Shown here in pieces: positions 52,442-63,692 of a DNA stretch of 64,000 bases. The translations under genes were made by a program, and so were the position numbers. How positions within the stretch are numbered: position 1 is the first letter of the stretch; every line of letters begins with the position of its first letter. The notes below the pieces were generated by a model. That model did not search any database and was not told the origin of the DNA. It was given only the letters and a program-made list of their open reading frames with translations. The DNA lies in IMG/VR virus record IMGVR_UViG_3300018080_000098, positions 186,001 to 250,000 of that record. One strand, written 5' to 3'.

Positions 52442-52470
52442 TTGACAACGTAAAGTGGATGTAGTATTGT
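52442..52470 (+). promoter_or_regulatory. sigma70-like promoter
   Basis: TTGACA-17nt-TATTGT, then GGAGGT SD. Confidence 0.7.
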
Positions 52471-52496
52471 TTCCTACACAACGGAGGTGATATTAC

Positions 52497-53948
52497 ATGG
52501 CAAATCAATGGTTGGAAGTTGACAAAGAAGGTCTTCGGGAGCTCGTGGCAAAGAAGCCTGCGTGGGGTGTTTTGGCTGAGCTTCTTCAGAACAGCTGGGA
52601 TGCCGACGACACGGAGAAGGTGAAGGTTACCTTCATCAAAATTGCGGGGCGCCCCCTCGCGGAGCTTATCGTCGAGGACGATAGCCCTGAAGGATTCAAA
52701 AATCTCACGCACGCCTATACGCTTTTCGCTCCGTCGTCCAAGAGAGACAACCCCGAAAAGCGTGGTGTCTTCACCTTGGGCGAGAAGCTTGTGCTGGCCC
52801 GCTGCAAGTGGGCGCGCATCAGTACCACCAAGGGAACGGTGGAGTTCGAGGAGAGCGGTAAGCGTACCCACCGTCGCAAGAAGCGTGACGCCGGTACCGT
52901 CTTCCACGGTATGCTGAAGATGAATCAGCAGCAGTACGACGAGGCTTGCGGAGCACTCGACCTGTTCATCCCACCCATCCCGACCTTTTTTAACGACGAG
53001 GAGCTCGAGGGACGGGAGCCTATCCACACATTCGAGGCTATCCTTCCCACGCTCCGTGCCGATGAGGAAGGCAATCTTGTGCGGACCAATCGCAAGACCG
53101 AGGTGCGTGTGTACCAGGTGAAGAGCGGTGAGAAAGCTCACCTGTACGAGATGGGTATTCCCGTCGTGGAGACCGGAGACCGCTTTCACGTCGACATCTG
53201 TCAGAAGGTTCCGCTCAACATGAACCGGGATAATGTGCCCCCGAGCTACCTTCGGAAACTGCGTTCCCTCGTGCTCAACGAGACCCACGACCTGCTCACT
53301 GCCGATGACGCCGCGGAAGGCTGGGTCAACGAAGCTCTTGAGGACGACGACGTTTCCGAGGAAGCGGTCAAGGCGGTAGTGAAACAGCGTTTCGGTTCCA
53401 AGGTGGTCATCGCAGACCCGTCCGACCGCGAAGCCGAAAACCGTGCCAAGGCTAGAGGATACACCGTCGTTCACGGCCGCTCCCTCTCCAAGAAGCAGTG
53501 GGAAGCCGTCAAAAAGGCCGACGCCATCGTGCCCGCGGGACGAACCTTCCCCACGAAGAACGTCCAATACAGCGCCGATGGCAGACCCGAAAAGCTCCTC
53601 GAGAAGAAGGACTGGACCCCGGCGATGCACCAGGTCGTCAATATGATCGTCCGTCTCTCCGAGAAGCTCATAGGCTTCAAGGTAGCCGTGGTCATCGTCA
53701 ACGATTCCCAACACCAAGGTAACTGCTTCTCCGCTTGGTACGGTAGCGGCGTCCTGCATCTCAACCTGCGGCGCTTGGGACGTAAGTGGTTCGAGGGTTC
53801 CAAGCAGAAAATCCTCAAGCTGCTCATCCATGAGCTCGCCCACGAGTACAGCAGCAACCACCTAAGCTCCGACTATCACGACGCTTTGTCGAAGCTCGGA
53901 GCTAAGATGACCATGCTTGCCCTCGAAAATAAACGCCTCTTCCGGTAG
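52497..53948 (+). CDS. GHKL ATPase fused to C-terminal HEXXH metallopeptidase-like domain
   Basis: ELLQNSWDA, VEDDSPEG, RGVFTLGEK, GT motifs; IHELAHE. Confidence 0.75.
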   Translation: MANQWLEVDKEGLRELVAKKPAWGVLAELLQNSWDADDTEKVKVTFIKIAGRPLAELIVEDDSPEGFKNLTHAYTLFAPSSKRDNPEKRGVFTLGEKLVLARCKWARISTTKGTVEFEESGKRTHRRKKRDAGTVFHGMLKMNQQQYDEACGALDLFIPPIPTFFNDEELEGREPIHTFEAILPTLRADEEGNLVRTNRKTEVRVYQVKSGEKAHLYEMGIPVVETGDRFHVDICQKVPLNMNRDNVPPSYLRKLRSLVLNETHDLLTADDAAEGWVNEALEDDDVSEEAVKAVVKQRFGSKVVIADPSDREAENRAKARGYTVVHGRSLSKKQWEAVKKADAIVPAGRTFPTKNVQYSADGRPEKLLEKKDWTPAMHQVVNMIVRLSEKLIGFKVAVVIVNDSQHQGNCFSAWYGSGVLHLNLRRLGRKWFEGSKQKILKLLIHELAHEYSSNHLSSDYHDALSKLGAKMTMLALENKRLFR

Positions 53949-54073
53949 CTCCTCCTCAAAAATTTACTCTCCATCTTGTTAAATACATATAGGGACGTTG
54001 TGTCCCTGTGTGAAGTCCTGCGGTGCGCAGGCATAACCAAGAAGTCCCACGTAGGAGTGGGCAGGAGAGAAGG

Positions 54074-54958
54074 ATGCCGAACTACGAGTTTGACGTTCTC
54101 ATTCACGGAAAATCCACAACCAAGTACGCTCACGAAGGAAGGTACTACATCGAGGGAAGACCCGGTTCCGAGTTCACCCTCCTCGTGCGCAACAACACCG
54201 GCTCCCGAATCCTCGCCGTCATGACCGTCGACGGCCTCTCCATCATGGACGGTAAGAAGGGTAGCCTGGACGGTAACGGGTACGTCGTCAACCCCTACCA
54301 GACCCTCAAGATTCCCGGGTGGCGTCTCGACGACGACGACGTAGCGAAATTCGTCTTCCAGGGCAAAGGAAAGTCCTACGCCGCCAAGAAAGGCAACACC
54401 CGGAACGTCGGCGTTATCGGCTGCGCGATCTTCCAAGAAGATTGCCCCAGCTACGTAAGCTACCCCTCTACCACCTGGACCACTCTTACTTATACCGACA
54501 GTAACTTTGATAGAGAGCGCTCTTCTGGAGAAGTGAACGTGGATTGGGTAGGTGGTGATACCACGGTTACTTGCGATTCAAGGGAGCTCACTTGCGACGA
54601 CTCAAGTGGCGTCAACATTAACTACTGCTCCACTACCCCCGCATCGCAACAAGGTTCTGTTAGCAGTAGCAACGTTCTCAGGTCAACTGGAGGAAGCCGC
54701 AGCGCACGAAGAGTGAAAAGCAGAAAAATGTCTACGCAGAACATCGGAACAGGGTTCGGAAAGAAAGCCTCGCACGAGGTAACGGAAGTCAGCTTCAGCC
54801 GCAAGGACCGCCCAGCTGAAGTCTTCGCTATCCACTACGACGACAAGAAGGGTCTCGAGGCCAGGGGTATCAACCTCAGCCGCAAAGTCCACGTCGCTAA
54901 CCCGTTCCCCAAAGATGCCGAGAAAGGCTGCACACCTCCAGCTGATTGGCAAGGCTAA
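54074..54958 (+). CDS. conserved hypothetical protein
   Basis: VDGLSIMDGK...GYVV...IPGWR...NVGVIGCAIF...GTGFG. Confidence 0.7.
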   Translation: MPNYEFDVLIHGKSTTKYAHEGRYYIEGRPGSEFTLLVRNNTGSRILAVMTVDGLSIMDGKKGSLDGNGYVVNPYQTLKIPGWRLDDDDVAKFVFQGKGKSYAAKKGNTRNVGVIGCAIFQEDCPSYVSYPSTTWTTLTYTDSNFDRERSSGEVNVDWVGGDTTVTCDSRELTCDDSSGVNINYCSTTPASQQGSVSSSNVLRSTGGSRSARRVKSRKMSTQNIGTGFGKKASHEVTEVSFSRKDRPAEVFAIHYDDKKGLEARGINLSRKVHVANPFPKDAEKGCTPPADWQG

Positions 54959-54966
54959 TTAACCGC

Positions 54967-54993
54967 GGGAGGGGTGGCAACCCCACCCCTCCC
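54967..54993 (+). terminator. GC-rich hairpin after ORF
   Basis: GGGAGGGGTGG/CCACCCCTCCC 11-bp stem; weak U-tract. Confidence 0.5.
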
Positions 54994-55233
54994 CTTCACT
55001 CCTACCCATGTTCTTTCACAAACTCATCCAGAAACTGAAAACGAAGAACCGCAAACACGTCTTCGACCTTGACCATCCTAAGGTAATCACTTACGGCGGT
55101 CTTTCCATCGGCAAAATCCCCTTCCAGCAAACACTCTACGAGTGCTCCCTCTGCGGCAAACAACTCCTCCTCGACCGCGAAGACATGCAGCGCCTCCCCC
55201 GTTCCATGTCCCACGGCTGCCCCGGAAAGAAAA

Positions 55234-55782
55234 ATGGCTAGGAAAAAGAGCGACCGCCTACTCAACGGCTACCTGATGGTCTACCGACCAGACCACCACC
55301 GCGCCATGAAAAACAAGTCCTGGCGCGGCTACATCCACTACCACGTCCTCGTAGCCGAAGAGCTCCTAGGGCGCCCCCTCCGCGACGACGAAACCGTCCA
55401 CCACCTCGACGGCGACGTCCTCAACAACAAGCCCATCAACATCCTCGTCCTCCCCATCCGAATGCACCACAAACTCCACGGTTGGTTCGCTCGAGGAGCC
55501 CCCGGTATCGAACGCTTCGGTATCAAACGTACCGAGCACATCACCGCCCGCGGCAAGAAAGACCGCGGCAAGTGCGTCATCTGCGATGAACCCCTTACCG
55601 GTAACCAGAGGAAGTACTGCGGCAACACCTGCAAGGGTCTCGCCCTTCGACGTACCAAACGCCCCAACAAAGCCACCCTCGCTAAAGACATCAAGAAGAT
55701 GAGCTGGCGCGCGATGGGGCGCAAGTACGGTGTGTCCGACAACGCGGTCCGAAAGTGGGCCCGGAATTATAAGCTGATTTAG
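55234..55782 (+). CDS. HNH homing endonuclease with C-terminal HTH
   Basis: HVLVAEELLGRPL...VHHLDGDVLNN...NILV...HHKLH; MGRKYGVSDNAVRKW. Confidence 0.8.
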   Translation: MARKKSDRLLNGYLMVYRPDHHRAMKNKSWRGYIHYHVLVAEELLGRPLRDDETVHHLDGDVLNNKPINILVLPIRMHHKLHGWFARGAPGIERFGIKRTEHITARGKKDRGKCVICDEPLTGNQRKYCGNTCKGLALRRTKRPNKATLAKDIKKMSWRAMGRKYGVSDNAVRKWARNYKLI

Positions 55783-56134
55783 AAAGGAAAAATCACGATG
55801 CCCAAAGGTTTCAGGTTCGATCCAAAGACAGTTAAAGAAGGTGAACAGTTTGTGGAAAGGATAGCCGACGGGACGATCAAACGAAGGATTCCCCTTAACG
55901 AGGAGTTTGACTGCAGGCTCAAAAAATTTTTTGATGAGATGCCAACGTACAGCAGCGCAGACCCCCTCACCAGCTTCTTCTACCTACTCATGCGTGACCA
56001 CCTGCCAGCAGGTGTAGTGACTGAGCTTATCGCGGAAAGCAACGGTGGAGACACCTCTGTATTCACCAACGGACACCTGGCCGAGTTTGCCGAGCTCTGC
56101 GCGCAGGAGCTCATGAAAGACGCACTTCGTTAAA

Positions 56135-57010
56135 ATGTTTGACGATACCATCATCAGTCGACGGTGGATCTTCGAGAAGGTTTTCGGCCAGATGATCCGT
56201 CCGCGCCCCGTTTGCAGCTGTGAAGTTCCTGATTACGCAGAAGACCTCTTCGATCGTGGTGAATATCGGTATCGCTGTGGTACTTGTCGGGGGTACATCG
56301 ATATGGTATGGATACTTGAAGGACATTTTCCGGAGCCTTCCAAGAAAGAAGCTCCAGTGCCGAAGAAACGACAACTCTGTGACAAGACAGATAACTGGAA
56401 GCTTTCAGACGAGTATGGAGCCCTTACAAAAACCAACATAAAAGCGCTAGGCGTATCGGAAACGTTTTTCACAGGGAAAAGACTGATGGAAGTACAAACG
56501 AGAAGTAGCTGTGGGGAGCTGAAATACTTTCCCACTCTTCGGGAAGCTCGGGATTACGCAGACGGGAACTCGGAAGTCTGGAAAATTTCCTTCGCCCTTT
56601 CTACCGGCGAACGTGTGCGCCTCGTGAAACGCGATGCCGGGTGGGTGTGGGAAGACATTGTGTGGGAAGTAGAAAAGGAGCTCGGAGTAGTTATAGAATC
56701 ATTGGACTACGGTCCTCCCCCTGTGCTGGGCCGCTTTCGGTACATGGATCAGTTCTACATCGACGGTAGAGGTTTGGTGCTCACGGGCATCTTGGAGGAA
56801 GGTACAGTTGCTCCAGGGATGCAGGTGGTCATCAACTACCGCGTCAACGAGTTGGACTTCAGCCAGCCTGTACGTATCAAGGGCGTCGAGCGCATGGGTC
56901 GCAGCAAGAACGTCGGGCTCCTCTTGGGCAGCGTGAGCATCCCCGTTGACGGATACGACTTCTCAGATGTTGTCTTGACTGTAGAGGATGAGTTCCCTAT
57001 AGTAGAGTAA
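56135..57010 (+). CDS. mosaic protein with C-terminal EF-Tu domain-II-like barrel
   Basis: DQFYIDGRGLVLTGILEEGTVAPG...KGVE...NVGLLL. Confidence 0.6.
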   Translation: MFDDTIISRRWIFEKVFGQMIRPRPVCSCEVPDYAEDLFDRGEYRYRCGTCRGYIDMVWILEGHFPEPSKKEAPVPKKRQLCDKTDNWKLSDEYGALTKTNIKALGVSETFFTGKRLMEVQTRSSCGELKYFPTLREARDYADGNSEVWKISFALSTGERVRLVKRDAGWVWEDIVWEVEKELGVVIESLDYGPPPVLGRFRYMDQFYIDGRGLVLTGILEEGTVAPGMQVVINYRVNELDFSQPVRIKGVERMGRSKNVGLLLGSVSIPVDGYDFSDVVLTVEDEFPIVE

Positions 57011-57016
57011 TCAAAG

Positions 57017-57090
57017 GGGCACGTAGCTCAATTGGTCAGAGCGACGGTCTCATAAACCGTGGGTTGCAGGATCGTACCCTGCCGTGCCCA
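57017..57090 (+). tRNA. tRNA with CAT anticodon (Ile2 or Met)
   Basis: GGGCACG/CGTGCCC-A acceptor; ACGGT CTCATAA ACCGT arm; variant T-loop ATCGTAC. Confidence 0.85.
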
Positions 57091-57471
57091 TTAAGGAATG
57101 TTCATATCTGGATGATGAACTTCCATATGACAGTTTGCGCATAGCATCTCACATTTTAGCACTTCCTCTTCCAAGCGCTCACGTTTTGTGTTTGCCAAGT
57201 GACGGCTATCCAATTTGAATTTTTTTGTTGAAGGGTCCTTGTGGTGAAAAACTAGCGCGGCGTAATTTTTGTCATAACCACAGCTACTACATTTCCCACC
57301 GAAGTATTTCACTATCATTTTTCGTCTTCGCACACCACGCTCTTTTTGCCTCGCGTAGGTTTGGTACGCCTTATTGGTGACCACACACTTGCATTTGTTG
57401 GAGCAGTATTTACTTTGTCGTCCTGTAAGGGATTTGTTACAAACAACGCACTTTTTACCATTGGGTGCCAT
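57091..57471 (-). CDS. HNH endonuclease inserted in tRNA cluster
   Basis: GGKCSSCGY...LVFHHKDP...KCEMLCANCHMEVH. Confidence 0.8.
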   Translation of the reverse strand: MAPNGKKCVVCNKSLTGRQSKYCSNKCKCVVTNKAYQTYARQKERGVRRRKMIVKYFGGKCSSCGYDKNYAALVFHHKDPSTKKFKLDSRHLANTKRERLEEEVLKCEMLCANCHMEVHHPDMNIP

Positions 57472-57611
57472 AGATACGGTTCCTTTCTTTGCTGTGTTAT
57501 ACTCTAACTAGATTATGCGGGTTAACATAACCAGGCTACTCGCTTTTGCATCATCCCTCGGTTCGATTCCCCCTTGACATATCTATCGTATCGTTCATAG
57601 GGGACTAGTCT

Positions 57612-57697
57612 GCTACTGTGGCGTAATTGGCAGCCGCGCCAGACTAAGGATCTGGTGGACCTTTGTGTCCGTGGGAGTTCGAGTCTCCCCAGTAGCA
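57612..57697 (+). tRNA. tRNA-Leu(AAG)
   Basis: CCAGA CTAAGGA TCTGG; long variable arm; A73. Confidence 0.88.
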
Positions 57698-57700
57698 TCC

Positions 57701-57785
57701 GCGACTGTGGTGGAATGGTAGACACGCATGGTTCAGGTCCATGTGAGCCCTTGTGCTCGTGAGAGTTCGACTCTCTCCAGTCGCA
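57701..57785 (+). tRNA. tRNA-Leu(CAG)
   Basis: CATGG TTCAGGT CCATG; long variable arm. Confidence 0.9.
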
Positions 57786-60700
57786 TCCTCCCTCCAAAAA
57801 TCCCCTTCCATCTTGTAAAATAAAACCGGGAGCACAAAATGTCACTCACCAGCCAAGACATCAATCCGGAGCTCGACCTGCGCCTGGCAGACACCGGCTC
57901 CCGTGGAGAAAACGAAACCATCATCCGGTTTATCACCCGCGAGATGTACATCGATATCCAGTGTCTCATCATCGCCGCGCAGCTCCAACGCAAGTGCGAC
58001 GCCGCTCGAGCCAAAGGCCACCCCGACCTGAAAGCCGAAGAGTTCTTCCTCTCCCTCATCCAGTGTGACACCTCCGACCGAAAAGCGTACTGGCTCCAGG
58101 ACTACAAAGGTCGCGCACTCCTCAGCTGCACCCTCTGCCTGCGAAATGACGTTGAGTGGGTCCTCGAAATAAAAGGCCCCGATAAACGGCAGAGATTCTG
58201 CCCCGAGTGCTACGCCAAGCTCAACATGAAACAACTCTACGGAGATATTCCGAGAAACGCTCCAGACATCCTCCGCGAAGGTTTGAAGGCATTAAAAGGA
58301 GGCACACCATGAAAACGATTACCACCTACGAAAAAGGAGACGTCGTCCGCTACGTGGGAGAAGAATCCCTCGTGTTCACAGATGGCTCCAGAGAGCTCAA
58401 ATGCAACAAACTGGGTGTGCCTCTCCGGGCCCAGTTTTTCATGCTCTACTCCATCGACCCCAACAGCACTGGAATCGTCGTCGCTAACCAGGAGCTGAAC
58501 GAGCACGACTTCTCCAGCTATAACGTGCGCGTTGAGTTCGCCCGTACCCTGGAGTTCGGAGAAGCCTCTTTGGTAGCCGACATTCCCGCCAGCGAGCTCA
58601 AGCTCGTCAAGGACACCACAGATAAGAAAGAAACCCCCGATGAGTGACGACAAAGTCGTCAGCCTAGACGAGCGCCGCGCCAAGAAACAACAGGCCGACT
58701 TCGCAGACGCCGTCGCAGAGTCATTAGGTGTATCTACCACCGGCCTCGCAGATATGGTCGGCACGTCTGTAGAAGATGTCCAACAAGGCTTCCTGGATGC
58801 CATGGAACGCCACAGTATGTACCGCGCCCACGACGAAGCTCTCAAGGAGCGTGAACGTCAACAAGGACTCGACCCAGATACCTGCCACAACGCTGTCTGC
58901 GACCGATGCGTTCAGTTTGAACACACGCATACAGACCCCTCTACCGGAGAAGTCACCTTCAGTGGACGCAAAAACTTTTGCAAAGAAGGAAGTGCCCAAG
59001 GCTGCATCTTCCGCCTCCTCGAGCACCCCTACTCAGATCCCTTCGTAGACATCCCCTCCCACAACGAGTGCATCCGCATCCTGCAGCGTATCGGCTACAC
59101 ACGCCAAGGCAGCTTCGAGGAAGAGCTTGGCACCAACTTTATGGCGTACAAAAATACCCGCAAGCTGTGGGAAGCGTACGTGCTCTTGCTAGTCGAGACT
59201 GGTCGTGTTACCATTCCCGATGAAGATTGGGAGAACGTCAAACACCACGAAGAACAACACGCCAAATTTGTAGGCGCCAATGAGCTTGCCCACGAGTATT
59301 TCAAGGACCGCGAGCTCCCAGATAATGTAGCTACCGTGGCTGAGCTTGTCGCCCAACGAAATGCTCTGCTCGCGTTCATCCGTGGAGAAATCGATTGGCC
59401 CGACGGGCGGTGCCCCTGCGGCGAAGACTACAACTGGAACCACGTCGCGCACACGGAAAATTGTCGTTTCAGGGACAAGGAGTAGCTGCATGGGATTCGG
59501 GAAGGTTTTTTGTGAGCATCTGAAGGAGCAGATGAACCGTCAGGAGTACACCGACCAGGTGCTCGTCGACTTCTTCGGAGCAGCGTACGGAGTCGACGTG
59601 GCACAGCAGTGTAGGGTACGTCCTCTTAGGCCCCCACCCCCGCCACCTCCTCCCTCCTTACGCCCGCGTCCAGCACAGCAGCCTCCCGCTGCTAAGCAGT
59701 ACTGCCCTTACTGCGGCAGAAGAATTGCCAACGACATGCTCGAGTGTCCTGGTTGTGGAGCACCACAGTGAATAAATATGATCTCTGGTACTCCGAAAGC
59801 GAATGCTGCTACACGATGTTCCCGGCTGAGCACGATCCAGCTACACATGGTGTAGAGGAAGACGCTGTGTTGTTGAAAACTTTTGAGGTCCCTACCTGGG
59901 AAGACGCGAGGTGTAAACAGCACGAGTTTTTGGGGTGGGAACCTTACAAACCTTTGGAGGAATAGCACATGGACCCGGATAGCAACCGCTTCGTACCGCT
60001 TACTGAAAAAGCAGACGAGGAGTTAGTAAAAAATCAGACGCGGGAGATGCAGCGTCGGCTTCGGCAAATGCAGAAAAGTTTAGACGATCCAGGAGCGCTT
60101 CTACGTCCCAATGGACAGCCGGTGCCGAAGCACTGGTCCGTGTTCACGGTGGGAGAGGATGTGGTAATCAAGGACTACACGTTCCGCGTGGCATATGTTG
60201 GGGAAACTAACATCCTGTTTGAGCCAGTAGGTCCACTGATGGTGGGCGGAAAGAAGGCGCCCGATGGCAAGTGAAGCCACACGTTACAAAGAAGCAGCAG
60301 AGAAGCTGTGGTCCCTTCTGGACGACATCGATACCGCGAGCGACATGTTCAAACCGTCCACTGAGGAGGGTTTCAGGGCGTTCTATCGCTACGCTATGAA
60401 ACGCTGTGAAGAGCGCGGGAAGATTCTCGAGAGTCGGGACGGTTACACGTTGGTGTGGCCCGACACGCCAGATGACGGTCCAGGGGGGCTTCCTCTAGAG
60501 CCAGATGGTGCGCGTCCTTCTAGAAGGAGAGGTCGTCCGAAAAAAGATAAGATTTGGGCAGAGTGTCCGTTAGGAGATCCTCGGTTAGAGGAAGACCTTT
60601 TTTGAGCCAGTTGTGGGGTGTCCAGTGAACGACAAAACAGCCAAAGAAGAAAAAGAACGCACCTGCGGTTCCTGGCAGTGCTCAGACGACAACGCCGAAA

Positions 60701-63458
60701 TTGTCGAGCTCTCAGACAACCACTTTCTCTGTACAGGCTGCGGTAGCGTTGAACACGAAGGCACCTACACTTTCGGCGGTTCTCCCGATTGGGAGCTCGG
60801 AAATTCTGTGCAATCCCTTGCGAAAGACAAGCACGCCCTCCACAGATTCTTTGACGACCTTCCTACAGTGTTAGAGAGAATGCTCATAGGTATGGACAGC
60901 GTCCACGCTGTCAACCAGGCACTCGTCGCAGAAGTTCAGCGACTCCACAAACGAATAGAAAAACTCGAGGCTTCCCATGGCATCCAGCAAGTTCCGCGGG
61001 ACGAGAAAGAAAACCCGGTCGACGAAGGGACGAAGGCTGACCCCGGCGGAGAAGATAGCTCGAGCAGCTAAGTGCCAACACAAAAAATTCCGCTACCGCA
61101 ACCGAGGTACCGAAGCCGTGTGTCTCAACTGCGGCTCCGTTCAAAAGGTGCGCGGAACCGGTGTGAACATAGAAGTAGTAGAAAACTGGAAACTCGAAGC
61201 AGAAGAGCCACCGGAGCACGATCCCCACTGCAGCTGCTCGGTGTGCCACCTGAAACGACAAGGAGAAAACGATGGGCAAGATAGGTGACTTGATAGAGGC
61301 TGCTGTAGCTAATGGCGGCAAGGTGCTCGTCCGCTACGAGGACTCAGATCCCAATTGGGTACTAGGTGAAGAAGACGGTGAGCCTGCGCTGGTATTTGAA
61401 AGCGCCACAGTGAAGATGTCGATGAACACCGACCATGACGCACTCCCCGGCGACCAAGCGGAAATCGTCATCCAGGGACTGATGCCACAGCTGCTCCACT
61501 ACGTCTCAACCGGCGACCGCACCTACGAAAGCCTTCTCGGAGAAACTCTGTTCCTCGGAAAAACTGGTGGCTTGACTACTCGTGAACCCGACAAACCAGC
61601 TCAAGTGATTTCCGTCGGCTTCGTCATCACGGGCAGAGGCGACGTCTACATCAGTCCCACCAACCCCTCCGCTAAACAGACCGAGGTCCTCGAAGGCCAG
61701 TGTAAGTTCTGCCGCGCCGCTGTACACGAAACCTCCTTGTACTGCTGTGACTGCATTCAAATGATGGACCACGCCAACGAGGTAGTGCGTAGTCAGCCAC
61801 TCTCCGAAGAGTTCCGCAAATGGACCGTGCGCGTGTATAACAAAATGGCGCCCCGCTTCGAGAAGACCTGCACCGATTGCAACGCTCGAGACGGCACCGT
61901 TCGCCCCGACGCCGATGAGCTCAATTGGTACTGCCAGTCCTGTGCCATGGAGCTCACCGGTAATAGCTGTAAAGAGTGGAAAAACGAAGGATGGGAGTAG
62001 CCACCCATGTTCCTAGGTTACTACGCTGACCAAAAAGAACGCTTCGAAGAAGCCTTCTGCGGAGCAGAAGTAGACGAAGAAGGCGCTCGAGAAGTCCTCA
62101 CCACACTGGCACAAGACGCCATCGAGCTCTGGAAACAAATGTCTCTCGCCAGAAAACTGCTCCACATCGAAGATATGGCAGAAGACGCCGAACCGTTCTT
62201 TCAAGGAAGGCGCCTCAAGGATTTCAAATTTCTCACAGCCTTCTTCCTGAGTGTAGAAGAAGCCAGAGAGTGCGGGTACCATCTTCTCGAAGAGAAACTT
62301 CAGGACCTCCTGGAAGGCACCACGGTGCGAGAGGAGAACATCTTTATCCGTTTGGTCAACGAAGCCTGTAGCAACTTCGCAGACACCTACGACGACCTCG
62401 CCAAACGGCCCACCTTCGACCGTCTCGACCATCGCGTGTTCGACCTCGGAGTAAAAAGTCCCCGCTCTCTATTGATTCCCTGCTTCCCACCACGCTTCCG
62501 ACGCTCCCGAGAAGCGCATCTGTCGTTACTCCCTGAAAGAAACCACCTGACCACCTCCTTCATCGGAACGATGGCACCCCCTTCCGACGACGCTCCAACG
62601 CTACGCGTCTACACAGATAGCCTGCGCTATGACACACTACGCTTCCTGGCGCCCATGAGCAGCTACGTCTTCGGCAGCCCCGAAGCCGTAGGTACTCTTT
62701 ACCTGTGGCCCGTTAAAATATCCGTCGGCTTCGTGCCCTCCCCTCGGTACGTGGAGCTCCACATCGAACAGCGTATGTGCATGGAAGTCAACCACACCGG
62801 CGACAACATAGCCTTCTTCGACTTGGAGCATGATGCCTTCTAGGAGGAACGATCGTGAGCAAAGGCAAGAAACATCCCAAGTTATCAGAACTTCCCGCAG
62901 GTGAGGTCTACTTCCTGGACGAGCCCAAGCCTCTGAAGGACGTCGAAAATATTACACTCGCAGGCCGCGACGTCCTCGAAGCGAAGTACCAGGATGCGCT
63001 GAGAGCTTTCGATGAACGGATGAGTCGGGAGATCTTGGAGCTCCTGGATGAGAAAGACGATGAGTAACCCCTACTTCTGTTTCGTGCGCACGAATAACGA
63101 AGGCGCCACCAAGGAACTCCTCGCGGGCCTGGTGGACAGCGGCGTCCTGAGCCTTCGAGAGATTGACCCCTGCTGCCGAAGCGAAGTGGAGGAACTCCTG
63201 ATCTGCCAACACACACAACGTCGCCTGTTTAAAGATTCAGGCAGAAAGCTCCCTCCTTCTGGCAAGCGTTGGCTAGACGTGTTCGTAGACAACACGAGAG
63301 TCCGTGCAGTAGACGTGAACGATAATACTACCCAAATCTTCCTCAAAAAGGAAGGGTGGAAAATTTCAGGTATCTACAGACATCCCAATGGGCTCCTCTA
63401 CTGGGCTTACTCCTACTCTGAGGACCAGCAAAAATCGACACCGCTCGCGATTTAGTGC

Positions 63459-63486
63459 TTGACAGCAGCGTTCAGCTCGCTACAAT
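63459..63486 (+). promoter_or_regulatory. sigma70-like promoter for the Y-RNA-like array
   Basis: TTGACA-16nt-TACAAT. Confidence 0.7.
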
Positions 63487-63508
63487 GGTTTCAAGATTAA
63501 GGGAACAA

Positions 63509-63647
63509 GATTTCGAGGACTGGAAGGTAAGTACAGAAAAACAATGATAGCTCAGTTGGTTGAGCGTCGGTATTGAGAACCGAAGGTCGCGGGTTCAAAT
63601 CCCGCTCCTTGTTACTTCGCCATTTACCTTCATACTACCTCGGAACT
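63509..63647 (+). ncRNA. Y-RNA-like unit 1: closing stem around an unpermuted tRNA fold
   Basis: TTCGAGG-ACT-GGAAGGTAAGT / ATTTACCTTC-ATACTA-CCTCGGA enclosing a cloverleaf at 63541-63612. Confidence 0.7.
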
Positions 63648-63692
63648 AAGATACAACAGCGTAACGCTGAAAGGATACATCAAAGATACAAC

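Noticed and set aside
52335-53861. Long antisense ORFs here and at 35058-36008 and 36462-37559
   Set aside because: Shadows of strongly codon-biased + strand genes.
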